Assembly (NCBI GenBank): GCA_030141605.1
Contig: JAQGDQ010000237.1
Coordinates: forward strand, 228,044 to 292,043
Length of the DNA stretch: 64,000 nucleotides
Origin: Tubiluchus corallicola
Lineage: Eukaryota; Animalia; Priapulida
Direction: 5' to 3'
The notes below the pieces were generated by a model. It was not told the DNA's origin. It did no database searches and worked only from the letters and a program-made list of their open reading frames with translations. This document shows, in pieces, positions 1 through 9,863 of the stretch. Position 1 is the stretch's first letter; each line of letters begins with the position of its first letter. The translations under genes were made by a program, and so were the position numbers.

Positions 1-579
1 TTGTGGGAGAGACGTCGGCCTGGTTCTTAGTTAAACAATTACGTGGAAGTGTATATAGTCTAGTGTATTTTTTTTATAGAAAGGTGCATAACGCTTAAGT
101 CTACGAGTTGATAATTAGAATGGTTTGCTGTTACTGAAACATATAATTTAGACTAAATTTTAACTCTTAACAAAAACCGCATAACCATTGGTTTAAAAAG
201 GAGTGGCCACCCAAATAAAGTTTATTCAATTCACAAGATTTGTCGCAATTACATAGTTACTTCTTATAACAGCAGTAAATCTAATTATAGATACACATCA
301 GCACATAACCAAAAAAAAAAACTATTAAAGAAAGGGGGAAAAAAATTCACCTAACGAATTAGGCGGACCATTTGACGTCTGCTTGTAGGAAAAGCAACCG
401 TCAAATGCTCACCTGTACAATGGTGACGAAGGAATTTATAGCTTCGGAATGAAGCCCGTATGAATAACTCAAGGTTAACCTAATTGAATCACTCTAGATA
501 AATTTGCAAAGGTTATAGAACCGGAATAAACTAGTTTACAATGCTGTAGAGTAGAATTCAATCACGGGAATCCGTGACA
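1..579 (-). repeat. 3' LTR of the BEL/Pao element (truncated by the window start)
   Basis: Matches 7920..8494 with about 7 substitutions and 5 small indels by eye. Ends at ...AATCCGTGACA (579), which reads TGTCACGG on the minus strand. Confidence 0.96.
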
Positions 580-1214
580 CTCTGGAAACGAAAACAAAAA
601 TTTTAAGTTCAAGGTTCAAGTAATAAACAACTTGCTCAATCCTATCAGGTAGTAAAATGCTAGACAACTAAATAACGATCACAGAGAAACCTGCAAAAAC
701 CTACCATCTATCTCAAATACTGTATCAAATACATGCGTAAGTTATGTGTCAAAATATATGGGTGAGAAAAATCAAAATAAGTACCTTAAAGGCACATCCA
801 AATAAATATCAAAAATTATATAAACTAGCACAGGCTATCTGTGATTATACATGGTTACAATGCAAGAACACTATCTATTTAGTTTTGTGTTTTATATTGT
901 TTTTGGGGGTGATTTTTTATGCAATCTAAGTATTTTACAATATTTACAAATGAAGACAGGACAATTTATAATAGCTAATATTGTCTTAGACTCCATATAG
1001 CAAACGTAGTGTGGCATGAACTCCATCCATCAGCTGCATAGCAGTGTAACCATTGCCATAACCTGTGACTGACATAACCATAACCATCATAACCGCAACT
1101 AGTAACCATAATTGGAACGGGCCCTGAACCAATCAGGAAACCAACTGCATCAGCATAACCATGACGTACTGGATCAACAAACGAGAGTTCAAAGTCTGTC
1201 ACTACTACTATTCA

Positions 1215-4200
1215 CTAATCACTAGATAATAAGTCGGTGCTGACATCTGTTAGCCATTTTCTTGCCTTTTTGGCGGCTTCTCTCTTTGGACGTTCGCTGA
1301 CAGGTAGAGGTGAAGAATCCGCATCTGAAATGGAAGCAGCATCATCATTCTTGTTAAGACAAGACACGTGTTCAGTCGAAACGTCTGTCAAAGTCGTATG
1401 AGATGAGTTATGAAAATGACATTCAAGGGGGTACAGACATTTAATATTTCTGTTCAAAGTGGAACCATTAACAAGAATTTCAACACTACGAATTAAGCCA
1501 TCTGCACTAGGCTTCAATTTAAGAACTTTGCCAAGGCGCCACTGTCCTCGTGGAAGGTTTTGGTCTTCTACCAGTACTACATCCCCTATACAAGGAGTAA
1601 ACGGAACGGTTACCTTAGGTTGAGAAATATATTTGCGATGCTGTTCTCTAAGACTGAGAAGATACTCATCTTTCCAGATTCGCCAGAAATTGCTAAGGAT
1701 CCGTTGACCTTTCTTCCATAAGGCAAGTAACTTCTGTGCTGAGGTTTCTTTACCAACTGTAAAGTCTGGATCACTGTAGTGCATCTCAGGCATAGTGTGC
1801 AAGATCTGCTGATTAAGAAAATCTGAAGGAGTTAGAGCATGAGTAGAATTTATGTCAGCATCAATATAAGTAAGAGGCCTATTATTGATAACATTTTCTA
1901 TTTCAATAAGCAAAGTATTGAGATGTGCATGTGAAAGAGGATGATTACCGATTACCTTTCTCAAAGAACGCTTCACCAAAGCAACTAACCGTTCGAAAAA
2001 TCCGCCAGTCCATGGTGATAACTGTGTGATGAATTTCCACTCTACACCCTTGCAAGCTGAAAAATCTAGAATTGCATTTTCAAAAATGTATGTAACCGTT
2101 TGCTTGGCAAGTTTGAAGGACGAGAAATTATCCGAAATTATAATATCTGGCAATCCACGTCTACCAAAAAAACGGCGCAAACACATAAGAAAATGTTCAG
2201 CTGTTAGATTATTTACTAATTCTAGATGTACTGCTCTGGTTGTAAGGCAGGTGAACAAACAAATCCAAGCTTTTTCATAAATTGGCTTGGAACTGCCGCC
2301 ATAAAATTCTTTTGTGATCACTGGTCCCATATAATCTAGTCCAGTGTATTGAAAACACCGACTTTCAAACAAACGGGTTGAAGGTAGGTCGGCCATTTTA
2401 GGTAAACGGAAAGGACCTCCTTCGACTTTACGACATATGGTGCATTTAGAAAGTACACTACGGACAGCAGTGCGTCCTGATGGTATCCAGTACTTTTTAC
2501 GTATCAGAGCTAACGTTTGAGCTGCTCCAACATGCAAATGAGTTACATGGTAGTGTCTTACCAGAAGCAGAGTAAAGGGGTGGTCCTTTGGTAACAACGC
2601 AGGTTTTCGTGAGCCATAGGTGTCCAGATTACCAAGTCGACCACAGCATCTGATTATTCCATCATTATCGACCATTGGGCCAAGGTTTTGGAAGTTCCTT
2701 ATTTGTTCAGGTGTAAATGCTGATTGAGTATGCCTTACCCACATCAAGGTGGCGTGTTCCATATCACGAGAGGTGATGCGATGAGACGTATCTGGATCAC
2801 GACGAAATTTCCTGATGGCTTTCAGAACAAGGCATGTAACACGAACCAGCCTGACAAATGAAGAATGGTTAGACAATGAAATCACGGTAAGATCTACCTT
2901 ATTTGCATCGACAGTCATGAGTGACGATTCAAATTTAGCAAAAGTACAAGAATCATTAAGTTTAATTTCTGACTCGATTTGCTTTAACTCGTCTGAATTA
3001 ACAGGTGGAAGATCACTAGAAGGCCACAATGATTTTTCGTGAAGTAAAAATTCAGGACCATTAAACCAGGTCTCATTAAGAACACCAGAATTTGGTTTAG
3101 TGGCAAAGTCTGCAATGTTGTTTTCAGACGGTATATAGCGAAAAATCATATCATTGTAGCTGCGTAATTCACTTACTCTGTTAGTAACAAATGTACTCAG
3201 TGGTTTACTTGAGCGAAGCCAGTGCAAAACGCACTGTGAATCAGTAAGAATAGTGCATATAACATCACTTATCTTCAACTGTTCTCGAACAAAGTTGGCA
3301 GCTCTCGCGCAGATTAGAACTCCCAACAACTCCATCCTGGGTATTGTTGTGTTCTTTGGAGCCAGTCTTGTCTTGGTGAAGACCAAATCTGTGCGAATAG
3401 TGCCGTCATGATGTAGCTGGCGAAGATAAATTACAGCGCTGTAAGCAACTGCTGAAGCGTCTGCAAAACAAGCGAGCTCAAAGTGCAAAACATTAATAGG
3501 ATCAAAACGAATGCATCTAGGAAAATTTATTAACACTATATTACACAAATGGTCAGCTATATCAAACCAACGTTCAGCCAATTCAGGACTCAAAGAAGTA
3601 TCCCAGTCATATTTTAGTTTCCAAAGTTCTGCAAGAAACAATTTAGCATTAAGGGTAATTGCACTAAAAAGTCCAAGTGGGTCAAAGTAACAAGCAACTT
3701 GCTTTAAAATTTCACGTTTAGTAACACTGTTATGTAAATTAGGAAGCAGCTTATGAGAAATACTTAACGTATCCGTTTCTGTGTTCCACTTCAAACCTAG
3801 TACTTTGATCTCCGTGGATTGAACTTTGTCATCCTTTGGAACCAAGTCGATGAAGTCTTTGTTGTTGGATCCCCATTGACGAAGGTTCATCGATGCAGAG
3901 GAGAACAGTTGTTTTGCTTGAAAGTAAAAAGAAGTTGCCTCTTCTGTGGAATTCACGCCTAAAATGACATTATCGACATAGATATTTGGTAAAATCAATT
4001 TAGCAGCAGGTACCTCGTTTTCCATTTTTTGTAAATGATATCGTACAGTCCCTGATAGAAGATGCGGTGAACAAAGAATGCCGAACGGGACCCTCTGGAA
4101 ACGAAAAATTTGTAGGTTATCAGGTGTGACACTCACATTACTAGGGTTTTTAATCCATAAAAAACGTGTAACATCACGGTCAGGCTCTAAAAGACCCACC

Positions 4201-7160
4201 GCCAAAAATGCCTTTTCGATATCACTAACAATAGCATACGGATGCATCCTGAAACGTAATAAAATCCCACATAGGTCAGGCATAAGTACAGCTCCTCTAT
4301 ATAAACATTCGTTGAGAGAAGGACTAGCCTTATTAGCTTTAGCTGATGCGTTATACACAATACGTATCTTTGTGCTAGCACGCTGTGGTGTTATCACTGG
4401 GTGGTGAGGAAGATAATGTAATGTGTTACCTGTGATAGTGTCATCTGTCACAAGTTCGATTATTCCCTTGCCAAGTTGTTCCTGAATAATACCATGATAC
4501 TTCTCCAACAACTCTGGTTTGGAGGAGAGTCTGCGCAAACAAGATTTTAACATACCAATTGACAGAGCATAATTATCTGGTAGCACCTCTTGTCTCTTTC
4601 TCCAAGGCCATGAAACGTAATATCTTCCTTCTCTGTACTCTATAGTGTTTTTGAAATTTTTCTCCGCTTCCACATCACCGGAATTGGTAGGACAGTCAGA
4701 AATGCCAATTGTATCCAATTCCCAGAACCTGTCTACATCAACATCAATGGGTTTGCTTTTATTTTGGTGGTCAAAGATAGCAAAAACTGTTTCAAAAATA
4801 TTAGTAGAATTATGAGGCTCGTCTAGACCATCAGTTCTCACGCCTGGTTCAAAGCACAAAAGACTGGATTTGTGGGGCGGTGTAGTTTCAAGGATTTGAT
4901 AATTGGGTATTCTGCCTCCAAGAATATACCCAAGGTGAGAATCAAAGAGATAAAATCCTGGTATAACTTCTATTTTTAATGGTTTAAGTATCTCGAAAAA
5001 ATAGTCGTTGCCAAGGAGAAAATCAATTCGGGTTAAAGTGCCGTCAGTATTACAGAAGTCGTCAGCCAAAGATGGCCCATAAGTACGGTTCAAGTAATTT
5101 GAGATGTCATTAGGCAAAACTAGACGATGAGTGGCGGGAGAGATTGTCTCAACAACACGGACTACCATCGGTAAAGTTTTGTTGTCTTTGGTAAGCATGT
5201 TCACTCTGGAAGTATAGCAAGGTACTCTTTGCACACTATTAGTGCCGAAGGTGCCAAGGTAGAGATGATCAAGTTTACTGAGCTTGAGACCTAGCTGTTG
5301 GGCAAACTGCATTGTCATGTAAGAACATTGACTCCCTGTATCCATCCAGCAGCGCGTGGGTAATTTGGCATCCGAAAAAGGGTTGCCAAGAACGCAGGAA
5401 GCTGTCAACAGAAAAACACGTTCTTCAGATGAGTATAGAACGTTTTCGGAAGCTGTCTGAGACAGTAAAGGTTTCTTCGAAGATTGTTGCTGGGATAACT
5501 TCTTGTGTTCTACATTGCCCTGAGGGTAACGCTTCGGACAGAGGCTTCTGTGGTGACCAGGAACTTTGCAGTATGCACAAAATCCTGATGATTTACACTG
5601 TGAAGAATAATGACTATCATTTAAACATTTCAAACAACGATTAACTAGCAAAGATTTTCGAGCAGAAATAGTTGTATAAACATCACAGTCATCATTAAAG
5701 TGTCCAGAACTTTTGCAGTAAATACAAAAGGAGCGCTTACCTCTGTTGAAATTCCCTGGACGTTTAACAGCATTAGCTGGTCGATCCACCGCCTGCAGCA
5801 CGCTGTCATTTCTAGTAGTGCTAGCCGGCTTAGGACGATCCGATTTCCATGACGAAGGGGTGGAAGGTTGACGGTGAAGCTGTTCTTCTAAAGCTTCCAG
5901 TCGTATCACATAGTCACGCAAGCTATTACGTAACTCTTCCACTGACCACGATTTGGACTTAGTCATGTCTTTTGTCGTTTGAATAGCCGAAAGCACCTTA
6001 TATGGAAGTTTCTCGGCTATAAGCGGTACAACAAAGGAACTATCAACGCTGCGACCTGTACTCTCAATGGATCTGAGATGAACTTCGATTTTATCCAAAA
6101 ACCTGCGTAAATTTTTTAAACCATCACCACACTTTTCTAGGTGTGTCAACTCCTTGTGATGCCGCTGAATAATCGTTTCGTGGCAGCCGAACCTGTCTTT
6201 CAATAAATCAATAACAGTAGAATAATTAGAATCATTAACTATGTAACCCTCGACTGCGCGAGCAGCAACACCTGTAAGTTTAGATTTTAAATGCTGAAAT
6301 TTTTGAACTTTAGACAGATCAGGATTAGAATCAACAACATCAGAAAACATTGACCAAAAGGTTTGCCATTCAAGTATGTTCCCGTTAAATGGTTTAATCT
6401 CAAGTTTAGGAATTCTACTATAAGCATGCGGTGAACTGAATGATGACTGATGAAATGGAGTTGGTGACTGAGGTGAGATGCTAGTTCGTAAGTCACTGTC
6501 AGTCTTAATGTCTAATTGGGCAATCAGAGAAGTCACTTGGTTAGACAGTAAGATGTCTTCATCTGTATAGCGTGCAGTAAGCTCAAGCACAGAGTGGGGG
6601 TCCGATAGTTGCAAGATCGATTCTGACAATTGGTCTATCTTCTGAAGTCTGGCCTTGAGTGAGGCTATGCAAGTTTTAACCCGCTGTAAGTATTGACTGG
6701 GGTTTCTTGAGATAACACTAGAAGAAGCTGAGATAAGAGTGTTGGCTTCTAGTTCATCTTTGTGTATTTGTTCAATTTGTTTGGCTCGGATAAGCATAAA
6801 AGAAGAAAGTCTAGCGTTGGCCGCCACTTGCTGGGGTTCGATTTTCATCGCAGCTGCAGGATTCGAAGTAGGCAGCAAAGGAATAGCTGTAGTAGTAATT
6901 GTAGCCGTACCCGTAGTTACAGGTTTAGCCGCTGTCGTCGAAGCTAGCGTGTCAGTAGTAGTGACAGTAACAACAGGCTTCTTAGGTTTAACCCCTTGAT
7001 AACCATCTGAGGGAAGCGGATCAACAGATGAAGTTTGATCCAAAGTTTCTGCCTCAAATTCAGTTTCAGTATCAGAAAGATGTTGTTCGTCTCCTGATTC
7101 ATATGTACTTTTTAACGCTTTTTCCATCTTAGCCGTTTTACTACGAGTCTGTATGGACAT
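1215..7160 (-). CDS. BEL/Pao Gag-Pol polyprotein (gag, 3 zinc knuckles, aspartic protease, RT, RNase H, integrase), 1981 aa, uninterrupted
   Basis: Gag motif PKLEIKPFNGNILEWQTFW; three Cys-His knuckles CIYCKSSGHFNDDC, CLKCLNDSHYSSQC, CAYCKVPGHHRSLC; protease MDTGSQ; RT SDIEKAF...YVDN (BEL-type); RNase H FADAS...ELLG; integrase HHCC zinc finger plus DYMG/SDN/FFERLV. Domain order PR-RT-RH-IN. Confidence 0.97.
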   Translation of the reverse strand: MSIQTRSKTAKMEKALKSTYESGDEQHLSDTETEFEAETLDQTSSVDPLPSDGYQGVKPKKPVVTVTTTDTLASTTAAKPVTTGTATITTTAIPLLPTSNPAAAMKIEPQQVAANARLSSFMLIRAKQIEQIHKDELEANTLISASSSVISRNPSQYLQRVKTCIASLKARLQKIDQLSESILQLSDPHSVLELTARYTDEDILLSNQVTSLIAQLDIKTDSDLRTSISPQSPTPFHQSSFSSPHAYSRIPKLEIKPFNGNILEWQTFWSMFSDVVDSNPDLSKVQKFQHLKSKLTGVAARAVEGYIVNDSNYSTVIDLLKDRFGCHETIIQRHHKELTHLEKCGDGLKNLRRFLDKIEVHLRSIESTGRSVDSSFVVPLIAEKLPYKVLSAIQTTKDMTKSKSWSVEELRNSLRDYVIRLEALEEQLHRQPSTPSSWKSDRPKPASTTRNDSVLQAVDRPANAVKRPGNFNRGKRSFCIYCKSSGHFNDDCDVYTTISARKSLLVNRCLKCLNDSHYSSQCKSSGFCAYCKVPGHHRSLCPKRYPQGNVEHKKLSQQQSSKKPLLSQTASENVLYSSEERVFLLTASCVLGNPFSDAKLPTRCWMDTGSQCSYMTMQFAQQLGLKLSKLDHLYLGTFGTNSVQRVPCYTSRVNMLTKDNKTLPMVVRVVETISPATHRLVLPNDISNYLNRTYGPSLADDFCNTDGTLTRIDFLLGNDYFFEILKPLKIEVIPGFYLFDSHLGYILGGRIPNYQILETTPPHKSSLLCFEPGVRTDGLDEPHNSTNIFETVFAIFDHQNKSKPIDVDVDRFWELDTIGISDCPTNSGDVEAEKNFKNTIEYREGRYYVSWPWRKRQEVLPDNYALSIGMLKSCLRRLSSKPELLEKYHGIIQEQLGKGIIELVTDDTITGNTLHYLPHHPVITPQRASTKIRIVYNASAKANKASPSLNECLYRGAVLMPDLCGILLRFRMHPYAIVSDIEKAFLAVGLLEPDRDVTRFLWIKNPSNVSVTPDNLQIFRFQRVPFGILCSPHLLSGTVRYHLQKMENEVPAAKLILPNIYVDNVILGVNSTEEATSFYFQAKQLFSSASMNLRQWGSNNKDFIDLVPKDDKVQSTEIKVLGLKWNTETDTLSISHKLLPNLHNSVTKREILKQVACYFDPLGLFSAITLNAKLFLAELWKLKYDWDTSLSPELAERWFDIADHLCNIVLINFPRCIRFDPINVLHFELACFADASAVAYSAVIYLRQLHHDGTIRTDLVFTKTRLAPKNTTIPRMELLGVLICARAANFVREQLKISDVICTILTDSQCVLHWLRSSKPLSTFVTNRVSELRSYNDMIFRYIPSENNIADFATKPNSGVLNETWFNGPEFLLHEKSLWPSSDLPPVNSDELKQIESEIKLNDSCTFAKFESSLMTVDANKVDLTVISLSNHSSFVRLVRVTCLVLKAIRKFRRDPDTSHRITSRDMEHATLMWVRHTQSAFTPEQIRNFQNLGPMVDNDGIIRCCGRLGNLDTYGSRKPALLPKDHPFTLLLVRHYHVTHLHVGAAQTLALIRKKYWIPSGRTAVRSVLSKCTICRKVEGGPFRLPKMADLPSTRLFESRCFQYTGLDYMGPVITKEFYGGSSKPIYEKAWICLFTCLTTRAVHLELVNNLTAEHFLMCLRRFFGRRGLPDIIISDNFSSFKLAKQTVTYIFENAILDFSACKGVEWKFITQLSPWTGGFFERLVALVKRSLRKVIGNHPLSHAHLNTLLIEIENVINNRPLTYIDADINSTHALTPSDFLNQQILHTMPEMHYSDPDFTVGKETSAQKLLALWKKGQRILSNFWRIWKDEYLLSLREQHRKYISQPKVTVPFTPCIGDVVLVEDQNLPRGQWRLGKVLKLKPSADGLIRSVEILVNGSTLNRNIKCLYPLECHFHNSSHTTLTDVSTEHVSCLNKNDDAASISDADSSPLPVSERPKREAAKKARKWLTDVSTDLLSSD

Positions 7161-7874
7161 GTATGCTGTAAAGTAATAGGATTAGGACACAAGATGAACA
7201 ATCACGTTTAACAATCAATCAATTTTATCAAACCTTAAAAGGTACACAAACTATACGCAATCAAATAAGAATGAATATTTCTAGTACTAGTTAGTTATGT
7301 GCTGTATAAACGCTGCGACCTTTTCCAGCCCTTGACCTTGGAGCCGGTACGCTATGCTACAGCTGTAAACAAAAATGACCTAGATTTAAGCTGTACAGCA
7401 AAACGTCCTAGTTAAACTCGTAAACCTGTAGAAAAAATTTGTCAGCGAAGTAAGCTGTAAAATAAAATATGTTATCAGACTATATACTATGCTAGGCTGA
7501 AAATAAAAAGGTAGAAATTACAATATTTACTTTTGCTGTCACAAATTACGTGCCTTACGAGAAGCATAAAATCAATACCAAAGGCTACTATTAAAAATAC
7601 AACAAACGTATGATTCAAGTTATAGCGTTATATCTTAACTATTATAGTAAGCCTTGCGCTTCTCTACAGGTCTTATCAACGTCAGCTTATTTCTATCAGT
7701 AGCGCTAAACTAAATGACTCGAGCGCATATAATTTATAAAACTGCTGACTATAAGAAATATGAAGCACCCTCCCGAGGGCAAAGAACTTTTTGGACAGCA
7801 GCAAAATTCGCAAAATTTAAGCAGCCTAGCATGTGCTCACACTTCAAATATTTACGGATTTAATTTAAGCAAAA

Positions 7875-7890
7875 CCGGTGTGAGGCACCA
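7875..7890 (-). other. Primer-binding site (PBS) of the retrotransposon
   Basis: The minus strand reads TGGTGCCTCACACCGG immediately after the 5' LTR end (...TTTTCACA), which is complementary to a tRNA 3' end ...GAGGCACCA. The tRNA species was not identified. Confidence 0.8.
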
Positions 7891-8494
7891 TGTGAAAAAT
7901 GCTCATTTTTTCATAAGTTTTGTGGGAGAGACGTCGGCCTGGTTCTTAGTTAAACAATTACGTGGAAGTGTATATAGTCTAGTGTATTTTTTTTATAGAG
8001 AAAGGTGCATAACGCTTAAGTCTACGAGTTGATAATTAGAATGATTTGCTGTTACTGAAAAACATAATTTAGACTAAATTTTGACTAACAAAAACCGCAT
8101 AACCATTGGTTTAAAAGGAGTGGCCACCCAAATAAAGTTTATTCAATTCACAAGATTTGTCGCAATTACATAGTTACTTCTTATAACAGCAGTAAACCTA
8201 TTTATAGATACATATCAGCACATAACCAAAAAAAAAACTATTAAAGAAAGGGGGAAAAAATTCACCTAACGAATTAGGCGGACCATTTGACGTCTGCTTG
8301 TAGGAAAAGCAACCGTCAAATGCTCACCTGTACAATGGTGACGAAGGAATTTATAGCTTCGGAATGAAGCCCGTATGAATAACTCAAGGTTAACCTAATT
8401 GAATCACTCTAGATAAATTTGCAAAGGTTATAGAACCGGAATAAACTAGTTTACAATGCTGTAGAGTAGAATTCAATCACGGGAATCCGTGACA
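7891..8494 (-). repeat. 5' LTR of the BEL/Pao element (604 bp)
   Basis: Minus strand runs TGTCACGG...TTTTCACA, with TATAAAT at 8355..8349 and AATAAA at 8143..8138. Duplicated at 1..579. Confidence 0.96.
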
Positions 8495-8567
8495 TAAGTG
8501 GTAATTGTGTATTTTGATAGTTGTTGTAGCAGTTGATTAAATTACATTTTAATTTTATTATATTTAG

Positions 8568-8670
8568 TTGTGGTAGCCATCAGCTGTGGTGTTCAGTTCA
8601 TGGGTAACTTCATCACTGGAAATCCTACCAATCAGAGTATGGTGTGGGCAGATTTTCAAAAGATTTATCG
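8568..8670 (+). CDS. ATXN10: Ataxin-10, first coding exon visible in the window (earlier exons lie upstream of the window)
   Basis: tttag|TT GTG GTA...TAT CG|gtaaac. Encodes VVAISCGVQFMGNFITGNPTNQSMVWADFQKIYR, resembling vertebrate ATXN10 AFRCGLQFLGN...SQSIVW. Phases 1/2. Confidence 0.88.
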
Positions 8671-9004
8671 GTAAACTCATAACTGCCACCTGTTTTTTGT
8701 ATTCCACATAGGTGAAAAAGAATGAGGTTAACGAAAAGAATTTTGTTAATGAATAATGCCATCTGGACACATGCAAAAAGCAAAAAATCAATAATCCTGC
8801 TCATTAAAATGTGTGTTCTACTGCACATGGGAAGTTAGGAGTCTAAACTGTGCTAATTCTGTTTAATTTTTAGATTTATTTTTTTAGAGTTTTGTGTTAG
8901 CAACAATGTGCAGTTAAATATGTATATGATTGATGATGCATAGATCTTTAAATTAAGATTTATATGAGACAAATTGACATGATAATCTCAATTTATCTTG
9001 TTAG

Positions 9005-9163
9005 GTTGCTTTTGACTGGTACTGATTCAAAGATTGCTGACTACACGTGTATGATGTTACATAATATGAGTTCATGTCATAACTTCCTGTTAGATGGCGC
9101 TGCAGATGTGGATATTGTTGAGGCTGTGACTGTAGTTGCCAGTAAACATGAGTGTGAATGGGG
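9005..9163 (+). CDS. ATXN10: Ataxin-10 coding exon
   Basis: gttag|G TTG CTT...TGG GG|gtaatc. Encodes LLLTGTDSKIADYTCMMLHN...KHECEWG (cf. DKKIVAYSSMILF...SEW). Phases 2/2. Confidence 0.88.
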
Positions 9164-9354
9164 GTAATCATAGTTTTAATAATAAAAATGCTTTCTGTTA
9201 CAAAATTATAATTTTTTCTTTACCGTGTTTGTAGGTTCTTAGATTTTCTGCCTGATGCTCACAGCATCAGCTTACATTTTGAGCATTTCAATTATACATT
9301 AGTATCTATGGACCTACTAGCAAAGGAGCAAAGGAATAAAGTCACAGTCATGAC

Positions 9355-9863
9355 CAGGGTGCATAAGATTATGGATATGTATAAAATAAATAAAATAGCT
9401 TATTTTATGGATTTTTGAAATTTTATTTTATGGATATCAATAAAATAAGAAATAGACTATATCTGGAACGAGATGCCCAGGGGGAAATGAATTAAAAAGT
9501 AAAAACAGGAGTGCTTGAAACGTGTTTTTAAACACGCAGGACTTAGTTTTAATTTTGTCGGTTTCGTTTTAATTTTATCGGTTTCATATCACTTCATATT
9601 TAATCAAATTTTACGAGACAATGCCTTGTAATTCATCACTTCGGTTCAAATAATTCATCTATTTGGGACGAATGTAGAATGCCCTCTAGGCTGAAGTTTC
9701 CGATCCAATGCCTGTATTCAGTTTTGATTGCCTTATTTTGTACAAAAAATCACAAAAAAAATATTTTTTTATTTTATGCATTTCTTATTTTATGGATTTT
9801 TCAAATTTTATTTTATGGATTTTTGGTCTTATTTTATGGATATCCATAATCTTATGCAGCCTG
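9355..9863. mobile_element. hAT-type MITE (509 bp) with 8-bp TSD
   Basis: 24-bp TIRs CAGG(G/C)TGCATAAGATTATGGATAT with 1 mismatch; exact TSD GTCATGAC at 9347..9354 and 9864..9871; subterminal TTTTATGGAT repeats. Confidence 0.92.

Larger units (their letters stand above)
1..8494 (-). mobile_element. BEL/Pao-superfamily LTR retrotransposon, near full length (about 29 nt of the left LTR lie outside the window), inserted antisense in an ATXN10 intron
   Basis: Two direct repeats (1..579 and 7891..8494) with TG...CA ends on the minus strand flank one 1981-aa gag-pol ORF. A PBS-like TGG motif abuts the 5' LTR. The right flank TAAGT (8495..8499) is the expected TSD, but its partner is outside the window. 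Confidence 0.97.

Noticed and set aside
975-1202. In-frame 75-aa ORF after the polyprotein as a stop-readthrough extension
   Set aside because: Two consecutive stops (TAG TGA) separate it from the polyprotein, it has no ATG start, and it has no recognisable motif.
2026-6999. Short ORFs overlapping the polyprotein
   Set aside because: Antisense or alternate-frame shadows of a long coding region; no motifs.
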